IMG/VR virus record: IMGVR_UViG_3300032030_000015
Location: 1-64,000 of that record
DNA length: 64,000 nucleotides
Direction: 5' to 3' (one strand)
Origin: a virus
Lineage: Duplodnaviria > Caudoviricetes
The position numbers and the translations under genes were made by a program. The notes beneath the pieces were generated by a model. It worked only from the letters and a program-made list of their open reading frames with translations, was not told where the DNA came from and made no database searches. Of the stretch, positions 57,240-64,000 are shown piece after piece. Numbering within the stretch: the first letter of the stretch is position 1; each line of letters begins with the position of its first letter.

Positions 57240-57473
57240 ATGAAGAAGTATGAAGTGAGAATGACTATGCTTGTGGCAGTGTCGGTGGAAGTGGAAGCCG
57301 ACAGCGCAGAGCAGGCCCGTAAGCAGGCTATGGAGAAGACGGCCCGCGAGGAAGCGTACTACCTGCAGCACTACGACTCCATCTGGGAGCGTGAGGTGAC
57401 GGAGGTGAACGAGTGTGAGCCGGAGGATGAGCCAGACTACGAGGCTATCAACGAGCCGGAGGAGGATGCTTAA
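57240..57473 (+). CDS. small acidic hypothetical protein
   Basis: VEVEADSAEQA pattern. Confidence 0.65.
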   Translation: MKKYEVRMTMLVAVSVEVEADSAEQARKQAMEKTAREEAYYLQHYDSIWEREVTEVNECEPEDEPDYEAINEPEEDA

Positions 57474-57528
57474 CACGAATTACCACGAATGATCGTGAAT
57501 TATTCGGGAATATTTCGTATCTTTGCAA

Positions 57529-57599
57529 TTGAAATTGCGACCCTGCTCACGCTCGGCATAATTGAAACGAGTTTCATTCTGCCCTCGCTTAATCGCAGC
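57529..57599 (-). repeat. dispersed palindromic element directly after promoter TATCTTTG (57518-57525)
   Basis: GCTGCGATTAAGCGAGGGCAG...GCCGAGCGTGAGCAGG. Confidence 0.7.
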
Positions 57600-57696
57600 G
57601 TTGCCCCGTAATTCTAAAGCATGAGTGATATGGAACAGAACGTTGAACCTGTCCGTAACGGCGTGATACGCTCGGCGGGCGAAATGAAATGGACGA

Positions 57697-58122
57697 ATGA
57701 AGAAGTCAGAAAGATGTTCACTGATAGCGACGGCAGAGTTCACGCTGTCGCATCCATTGATAGTGACACGGGTGAATGTGTGCTCTACTGACGGCAAGCA
57801 CCGGAAGGACGGCGCCATCGCCCTGTGGGACACCGGCTCGGAACATTGCGGCGTGTCGAAGGCGCTGGCTCAGGAACTTGGTCTGCTGCAGGTGGGCACA
57901 AGGCTGACGCGCTACGGCGACAAGCAGGTGATAGAGGAACCTACCTACCTGGTGAATATCGAGATACCGCAGACGGGCTTCAAGCGGTCGCTGCTTGTCG
58001 TGGGGTTCGGCGATGACAGCCAGGACTTCATCATCGGCATGCCGCTTATCCGTACCGGCATATTCCATATAGAGCCAAAGCCCGACGGCGGATTCCGCTT
58101 CGTGTTTATGAAGCGGGAATAA
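57697..58122 (+). CDS. retropepsin-like aspartyl protease
   Basis: ALWDTGSE...LAQELGL...FIIGM. Confidence 0.8.
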   Translation: MKKSERCSLIATAEFTLSHPLIVTRVNVCSTDGKHRKDGAIALWDTGSEHCGVSKALAQELGLLQVGTRLTRYGDKQVIEEPTYLVNIEIPQTGFKRSLLVVGFGDDSQDFIIGMPLIRTGIFHIEPKPDGGFRFVFMKRE

Positions 58123-58395
58123 CCCTCTCTACTATCCCACGGCGGCTCGACCTGCGCCTTTGATGGCACCGTGGGAACTATTACGTTTTGACCTATCGGT
58201 CGAAACGTCTACGCCATACCATAACTGGAACGAGTTCCGTTCTGGCTATGGCTCAATCGACGTTTTCATAACTGTAAAGCCCTGCCGAGTGCTTCGGTTG
58301 GGGCGGTTTTGATTTTGAGTGGTAGTGCTCTTCGCTGCGATGGCGAGGGGCACTTTTTGAATGATGATTATTAATCCCCTAAAATATTTACGACT

Positions 58396-58719
58396 ATGGC
58401 TATAGCAAGAACAATGAACCCCTTCACCTGTCACAGAGACTTGAAGGAACTGGAGATGCTGATACTGGCACACACTGGAGTGATGCTGTGGATCCAACTA
58501 TCTCGTGAGTCACGGGCAAAGATTCGTGAGTTAAGGAAGCTCGGATATGCCGACGGAACTACACCCATAGAGAATGCTACGGCGAAACACAAGGATAATC
58601 TGCGGATATTGGGAAACAACTTAGACGAGTACCGCTTCCGCTGCCAGTGTGCCAGGATGAACATCAACGAGGCCACGGCTTTCCGTGACAAGCTGGTGGA
58701 GTATATCGAAGAACTTTAA
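58396..58719 (+). CDS. hypothetical protein
   Basis: GACTATG start. Confidence 0.65.
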   Translation: MAIARTMNPFTCHRDLKELEMLILAHTGVMLWIQLSRESRAKIRELRKLGYADGTTPIENATAKHKDNLRILGNNLDEYRFRCQCARMNINEATAFRDKLVEYIEEL

Positions 58720-58732
58720 TCCTACTACGACT

Positions 58733-58918
58733 ATGACTACAAAGGAAATCAAGCAGGCTATTGATGGCGGCAGGCTGGTTGGTCTGAAGGACGAGCCGCT
58801 GAGCCGCGTGTGCTATGACCTGTTCGGACAGATGGTGGTGGTATCGCTGTGTGCCGAGCCGCCTATACGACTGGCGACTGTGAAAGACAATCGCAGGGCG
58901 CAGTTACTGAATGAGTAA
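58733..58918 (+). CDS. small hypothetical protein
   Basis: GACTATG start. Confidence 0.55.
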   Translation: MTTKEIKQAIDGGRLVGLKDEPLSRVCYDLFGQMVVVSLCAEPPIRLATVKDNRRAQLLNE

Positions 58919-58948
58919 ACAAGTTAAACATTAAAACCCCAAGAGACT

Positions 58949-60193
58949 ATGGAGAAGAAGGAATTAACAAACGGCATCGTGGAAATCGAGGGTGTCAAGA
59001 CGGTAGCCGAGCGAACGGTGGATGGCTACGAGGTGACGTATAAGCCCCATGGCAACTATCACAAGGGGCTGGACGTGAACGAGGTGGTGTACGACCTGAT
59101 GATCATTGCTGCGCATGACATGCTTGACTGGGGCACAACAGTGTATGCAGGTGAGTACACGGCGGCTGAGATGGCTGGCAAGGTCGGCTACCTGCACCAG
59201 TTCATGGAGGGCGAGGACTACAAGACCATCGGCATCAAGACTGAGACGTTCTGTTGCTCCTATCATGCCGGCGAGGCGTTTGCCCAGATGGCAGAGTGGG
59301 AGGGTGTGATGAACATGGCGCCGAAGAAGTACCACCGGTTTGCGGTGGAGGGCAAGGAGATGCCAGAGGGCGCGAAGCTGAAGCCCTATCAGCGCTGCCA
59401 CGGCTACAAGCCGAGGACTATCAGCCTGGCTGCCGAGAACGACCGCATCGCCAAGAAGTTCGAGGTCATCGGCAAGATGGCGCAGAGCCTGACGAGCGAG
59501 GGTATGAAGCGGGCGCTGAGCGTGCTGACGGCGGTGAAGAGTATCGAGAAGCTGCACGGCCGCGAGATGGGCGACCTGGCCGGAAAGATGCTGCGCCGCA
59601 AGCTGTGGCGTGACTACGGCAAGGACAAGTATCAGCAGCCGATGGTCTATACCGCCAAGGACTTTGAGCCAGGGCCGGAGTGCTGGAAGGTGGTGGACGA
59701 GGACTATGCGAAGGAGCTGATAGCCTACTTCCGTCAGGTGCTGGCCGAGAGCCCTGCCCCCAAGTGGCCTGCAAAGGGCGACATGGTAATGCTGAAGAAC
59801 CAGGAGAAGCAGTGCAAGAAGTGGCAGGGCAAGCTGAGCGTCTATGAGGTGCGCGGCCAGCTCGACATGTACCAAGACAAGATCAACTGGTATGCCGTGG
59901 TGTGCACCACCAAGGGCAAGCACGACAGCACGACCTACAAGGTGGACGCGCTGGAGCCGTGGACGGAGCCAGAGAAGGCTGCGAGTAAGCGAGGGAAGAA
60001 TGATGCTTGCATCGGTTCTTCCGAGCGGAAGCAGGCTCGACCAGAGGTCAAGTCTAAGAAGAAGGCTGTTTCCAAAAAGGAAAAGACCACGGCAAAGGCT
60101 ATCAATCTTGAGCCATGCACCGTGAACCCTGAGCCTACACTGGAGGAGCGCCTGCGGGCTGCGCTACGGAAGCAACTTGCTATGGCGGCGTGA
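58949..60193 (+). CDS. hypothetical protein (ends LAMAA) with in-frame 75-nt element
   Basis: 414-aa ORF. Confidence 0.7.
   Translation: MEKKELTNGIVEIEGVKTVAERTVDGYEVTYKPHGNYHKGLDVNEVVYDLMIIAAHDMLDWGTTVYAGEYTAAEMAGKVGYLHQFMEGEDYKTIGIKTETFCCSYHAGEAFAQMAEWEGVMNMAPKKYHRFAVEGKEMPEGAKLKPYQRCHGYKPRTISLAAENDRIAKKFEVIGKMAQSLTSEGMKRALSVLTAVKSIEKLHGREMGDLAGKMLRRKLWRDYGKDKYQQPMVYTAKDFEPGPECWKVVDEDYAKELIAYFRQVLAESPAPKWPAKGDMVMLKNQEKQCKKWQGKLSVYEVRGQLDMYQDKINWYAVVCTTKGKHDSTTYKVDALEPWTEPEKAASKRGKNDACIGSSERKQARPEVKSKKKAVSKKEKTTAKAINLEPCTVNPEPTLEERLRAALRKQLAMAA
59978..60052 (+). mobile_element. 75-nt palindromic element inserted in frame
   Basis: GCTGCGAGTAAGCGAGGG...GCAGGCTCGACCAGAGGTCAAG, preceded by AAG. 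Confidence 0.7.
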
Positions 60194-60252
60194 GTGCCTG
60201 CGGCAAATTGAGAATTGAGAATTGAAAATTGAGAATAAAAAGATTTAGGAGT

Positions 60253-60687
60253 ATGGAGACAAAGAACTACAACCTCGTGACGTTCGACGACGCAGAGGAC
60301 AAGACCCCGAAGGAACTTTATCTGGTTGACATGAAGCGGAAGAAGATTCTGCTGTTTCAGATGTACCGCGACTGCAAGGACGTGACCAGCCGGACGCAGC
60401 GTATGTATGACACCGACATGAAGAACGGCGGCTTCGACCGCCGTATTGGTTGCGACCTGATAGACTTCATGAACGGCAGAGACCGCCATCCCTGGCTGAA
60501 ATTCATCCTGAGCACCGACGACGCACGGGAGGTGACTCGCAAGATTGCAAGCGTCAGGGCCCGCTGGTTTAGCATCCATTCAGATGTACTGAAGAGTAAA
60601 TCCGAAAGCGAGCTGGCAGGGTGGAGCAGGCACAACGACCCTGTGGAGGATGACAATTTCGTGGCAAGACATTTTACGGATTTATAA
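60253..60687 (+). CDS. hypothetical protein
   Basis: start METKNY at 60253. Confidence 0.65.
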   Translation: METKNYNLVTFDDAEDKTPKELYLVDMKRKKILLFQMYRDCKDVTSRTQRMYDTDMKNGGFDRRIGCDLIDFMNGRDRHPWLKFILSTDDAREVTRKIASVRARWFSIHSDVLKSKSESELAGWSRHNDPVEDDNFVARHFTDL

Positions 60688-60708
60688 ATCATAACAACAT
60701 TTACGACA

Positions 60709-61071
60709 ATGCTAAGAGTGAACTATCAGATTGAGTACGGCTCAATCAAGGTGAAAAGTGTAGGCAACGAGAAGAAGCTCTACACAGTGAAATTCCATCC
60801 CGCCAACTGCGAGTGCGGCGCGTTCATCTACCACTACAAGGACGAGAACGGGGTGAAGATGGCGCAGCTGTTTACCTTCCTGGGCGATAAGCAGCACATC
60901 AGCAACATTATGAAGAACAGCAGCGACCACACGCTGCTGGGCGACAATGTTGTCAGTGTTCGTCTGAACGTGTACTATAAAGAGGCCCGCATGATAGTCG
61001 AGGCGTGCGCCAAGAGCGGCTATAAGGTGGAGTGCTACTACAAGGAACCGAAACAACCTAAAAAGAAGTAA
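60709..61071 (+). CDS. hypothetical protein
   Basis: ORF in cluster. Confidence 0.65.
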   Translation: MLRVNYQIEYGSIKVKSVGNEKKLYTVKFHPANCECGAFIYHYKDENGVKMAQLFTFLGDKQHISNIMKNSSDHTLLGDNVVSVRLNVYYKEARMIVEACAKSGYKVECYYKEPKQPKKK

Positions 61072-61076
61072 CGACT

Positions 61077-61265
61077 ATGGCGGACTTGAAGGCATTGGCA
61101 GTAAAAAACGTAAACGAGTATATCACAGACGACGAGCGAAAGATGCTGCGCGAAGCTGGCTACTCGTTCAACATCGTGAGAGGTCCCGGTGTCGATCGTG
61201 CTGACATTATGCAGCACGGCCGCCGCGTGGCTATGGTACTGAACGGAAAAGCAAAATGGTATTAA
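61077..61265 (+). CDS. small hypothetical protein
   Basis: GACTATG start. Confidence 0.6.
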   Translation: MADLKALAVKNVNEYITDDERKMLREAGYSFNIVRGPGVDRADIMQHGRRVAMVLNGKAKWY

Positions 61266-61284
61266 CAATTAAAACATTACGACT

Positions 61285-61563
61285 ATGGTACGAAGAGACG
61301 TGATTGAAGGTGTGCTTGCTTCTTTGGAGTGCAAGCCTATTATGAGGGGCGAACTGCAAGCGAAACTGCAGGATATGCTCGGAACGAAGAACGAGTTTGA
61401 GGAAGGCGACACGGACGGAAAGTTTGACTGCTGTGTCTATTTCACCAACGGACATGAAACATCTACGGCAAACATGTGTGACATCAGGATTGACTATCTC
61501 CCGACGCTGAACGAGGGAGAAATCTATGTCACAGGTACGGAGATTCTTGACTATCAGTATTAA
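61285..61563 (+). CDS. hypothetical protein
   Basis: GACTATG start. Confidence 0.6.
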   Translation: MVRRDVIEGVLASLECKPIMRGELQAKLQDMLGTKNEFEEGDTDGKFDCCVYFTNGHETSTANMCDIRIDYLPTLNEGEIYVTGTEILDYQY

Positions 61564-61576
61564 AACATTTACGACT

Positions 61577-61747
61577 ATGACAGACAAGCAGAAGGCATCG
61601 CAGGTGCTGCGGTACATGGAGGACGAGATGGACGTGAAGACGGTCCTGAATGTGTTGAACCCCTATCTGAAGGACGAACAGCTGGCCGAGGTCTACGACT
61701 CCCTGGTGAGCGACGGCGCCATCAGCCCCGACGGGTATTGTTATTAA
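61577..61747 (+). CDS. small protein duplicated as C-terminus of 62895-63335
   Basis: TDKQKASQVLRYMEDEMDVKTVLN... repeated. Confidence 0.65.
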   Translation: MTDKQKASQVLRYMEDEMDVKTVLNVLNPYLKDEQLAEVYDSLVSDGAISPDGYCY

Positions 61748-61768
61748 CCCAATAAAAACGAAACGACT

Positions 61769-62062
61769 ATGGAGCAAAAGAGATTGACAAAGAAACAGAT
61801 GGCTGCTGTAAATGAATTGAAAGCGGTTATCGCAAAGGTGGAGAGCATGGGTGTGACCCTGCTGTTTGAGGGGAGCGACGGATGGCTGTTCGCCCTGAAC
61901 GACAAAGGCACTGACGGCATTGCATCGGAAAGAGAACTGACGGAAGAGTATGGTGATGACGTGGAGCGAGTGGAAATAGACTGGAACAAGACGGAGTGCG
62001 TCTGCCAGCCCACCTATCGCCACACCGACTACGATGGCGAACTGTATCTTATCAAGGAATAA
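61769..62062 (+). CDS. hypothetical protein
   Basis: GACTATG start. Confidence 0.65.
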   Translation: MEQKRLTKKQMAAVNELKAVIAKVESMGVTLLFEGSDGWLFALNDKGTDGIASERELTEEYGDDVERVEIDWNKTECVCQPTYRHTDYDGELYLIKE

Positions 62063-62076
62063 AAACATTCGAGACT

Positions 62077-62496
62077 ATGGCAAAGATTACGACGAGTGAC
62101 TTCGGGGCTATACACGATGCCATGAACAAGATGATTATCGGCGAGGTGAAGGCGGCGCTCAGGCTGGTGCCGGGGCAGCAAAAAGAAGGTGGCAGTCTGT
62201 GTCGCGTGGTGGTATCGCCAAACTGCGACTACGAACCCCGCGACCTGTGTGTGGATAAGGTGTGGCTCGATGACGATGGTATGCTTTGTTTCTCTGGTAC
62301 GGAGGAGCACGGCTCTTTCATTGTGGACGATGACCCTGACCCGTGGACGGAGGATGACGACCTGCTCGACATCACCGACTTCAAGTATCTCATTGAGCAG
62401 CTGAAGGACATGATGCCCGACGGCGAGCACGACCTGACCAACGGCGCAGACCTGCACAATCTGGACCGCAAGGCACACGACAAGTTGAACTATTAA
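62077..62496 (+). CDS. acidic hypothetical protein
   Basis: GACTATG start, MAKITT. Confidence 0.65.
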   Translation: MAKITTSDFGAIHDAMNKMIIGEVKAALRLVPGQQKEGGSLCRVVVSPNCDYEPRDLCVDKVWLDDDGMLCFSGTEEHGSFIVDDDPDPWTEDDDLLDITDFKYLIEQLKDMMPDGEHDLTNGADLHNLDRKAHDKLNY

Positions 62497-62509
62497 AAGA
62501 TTTAGGAGT

Positions 62510-62881
62510 ATGGAAAGCGACATTAAAGTAAAAGCAACATCCGAACAGATGATGATGTTCGGAAATCTGTATTGTGTGAAATGGTGTGAGCGCATCAAGT
62601 GGCTCGGCGACAGCAAGGGACGATGGCTCTACAAGGTCACGCTGAGACACGCCGACGACGCTGGCGAACTGCATGGAACGTACACGGTGGAAACGCTGAT
62701 GAGGAAGTTCAGCGAAGATGCCTATACCAACTTCCCCTGCTATATAGCGGGTGCCGTCAAAGAACTAATAAAGGGCTGCGAGCTGGTTCTTTCTGCCATC
62801 GGAGATAAGCAGAAGGTGACAGACTTGATTAACGACGCCCTGCAAAAGAAGGGTATGAATGTGAAAGTGTGTAACAATTAA
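62510..62881 (+). CDS. hypothetical protein
   Basis: ORF in cluster. Confidence 0.65.
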   Translation: MESDIKVKATSEQMMMFGNLYCVKWCERIKWLGDSKGRWLYKVTLRHADDAGELHGTYTVETLMRKFSEDAYTNFPCYIAGAVKELIKGCELVLSAIGDKQKVTDLINDALQKKGMNVKVCNN

Positions 62882-62894
62882 AACGATTACGACT

Positions 62895-63335
62895 ATGGAG
62901 AGAACAGAAATGATTGAGAAGATTATGGCTGCGGCACGCGGCGTGAACTTCACGGACGAGATCGACGACATCGACGTGCTGGCCTACACCGACAAGGACG
63001 GCAATACGCATGAAGACCGCTTCGATCATATCGACACGACCACGATACCCATGAGCGTGCATTTCATCGGCGGAACGGGTCATAAGAACTTCAACGTGCC
63101 TATTGCACGGCTGACCGACGAGAGCCTGGAGCAACTGTACGACTGCATCGAGCAGCCCGCACAACTGACAGACAAGCAGAAGGCATCGCAGGTGATGCGG
63201 TACATGGAGGACGAGATGGACGTGAAGACGGTCCTGAACATGTTGAACCCCTATCTGAAGGACGAACAGCTGGCCGAGGTCTACGACTCCCTGGTGAGCG
63301 ACGGCGCCTTTCCGGAGGACGGGTATTGTATGTAG
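62895..63335 (+). CDS. two-part hypothetical protein
   Basis: C-terminal ~55 aa nearly identical to 61577-61747. Confidence 0.65.
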   Translation: MERTEMIEKIMAAARGVNFTDEIDDIDVLAYTDKDGNTHEDRFDHIDTTTIPMSVHFIGGTGHKNFNVPIARLTDESLEQLYDCIEQPAQLTDKQKASQVMRYMEDEMDVKTVLNMLNPYLKDEQLAEVYDSLVSDGAFPEDGYCM

Positions 63336-63446
63336 CCCAAAACCTTTTACCTCGTAGAAGCTGGCAACGAGTACGATATCGAAGCATCAGGCTTCTACGA
63401 GGATCAAACTTTTAACGACAGTATTAACAACGAAATCGAGACAATT

Positions 63447-63995
63447 ATGAAGATTAAAGTTTATGAAGTAGTTTCAAGCAGCTACGAGACAGCAGACAAC
63501 TATCTGCATCAGGAGAGTTATTTGTTTGACGACCCCGACAAGGCTCGTCAGAAGTTCAAGAACCTGCGCGACTGCATCAAAGGCGACGTTTACGGCGACG
63601 AGGACTGCGAGTATGACGCTGATGAAGACGAAGGCGAAAACCGCTACGAGGCAAGCCGCGAGGTGGGCACGGAAAATGAGTACCAGGCTATCGTTGAACT
63701 GAAGGAGAAAGAAATCGACATCCCCAATGCTACCGACCGCCGCAAGTACGGGATGCCCATTCAGGAACTGCGCGACATGATAGCCGACTTCACAGGCGAC
63801 AAGAAACGTGAGGCTATGCGCAAGGCAAAGATATTCGCCAGCCATATCAGTCTGCGCCACGTTTCGGAAATCGTGTGCATCAAATACGGACACCGCGACG
63901 ACGAGCACGGCCAGCGAACAGAAGACCACAACTGGCTTGAGTTCCAATGGCGCGATCTGGACGGCGACTGCGACTGGTTTTCCATCATTGAATAA
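63447..63995 (+). CDS. acidic hypothetical protein
   Basis: 182-aa ORF. Confidence 0.65.
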   Translation: MKIKVYEVVSSSYETADNYLHQESYLFDDPDKARQKFKNLRDCIKGDVYGDEDCEYDADEDEGENRYEASREVGTENEYQAIVELKEKEIDIPNATDRRKYGMPIQELRDMIADFTGDKKREAMRKAKIFASHISLRHVSEIVCIKYGHRDDEHGQRTEDHNWLEFQWRDLDGDCDWFSIIE

Positions 63996-64000
63996 ACTAT

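Noticed and set aside
1-64000. Alternative genetic code or integrated-prophage boundary
   Set aside because: Genes are intact in the standard code, with TAG and TGA used as stops; no integrase, att site or host housekeeping genes were recognised.

Overview
A 64-kb segment of a large Bacteroidales (probably Prevotella-like) phage-plasmid. The host call rests on TAnnTTTG promoters, A-rich leaders without Shine-Dalgarno sequences, and Bacteroidetes HU-like proteins. The left arm (1-31.9 kb, mostly minus strand) holds three DNA methyltransferases, two radical SAM enzymes, a PAPS-reductase-family protein, a Tad2/DUF2829-like protein, portal, large and small terminase, endolysin and a tRNA-Gln(CTG). 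The centre (32-38.3 kb, plus strand) is a plasmid-type replicon: ParA plus partner, parS-like repeats, DnaQ-BRCT exonuclease, 23-bp-period iterons, Rep_3 initiator and a DnaA_N/DnaC-like ATPase. A repeat-rich AACA-biased segment (43.7-45.4 kb) is followed by a long run of small plus-strand early-type genes, including an ArdA-like protein. The main discovery lies in that run. A reverse transcriptase (52385-54046) and a 376-aa partner gene are each followed by arrays of ~180-nt units (9 in total). The units share little sequence but keep one fold: a small 5' hairpin whose loop pairs with a 3' pentamer in all 9 units with compensatory changes, enclosing a long unit-specific hairpin. This reads as an RT plus multi-ncRNA template array, distinct from a DGR, retron, group II intron or CRISPR. 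All calls were made by eye; no database searches were run.
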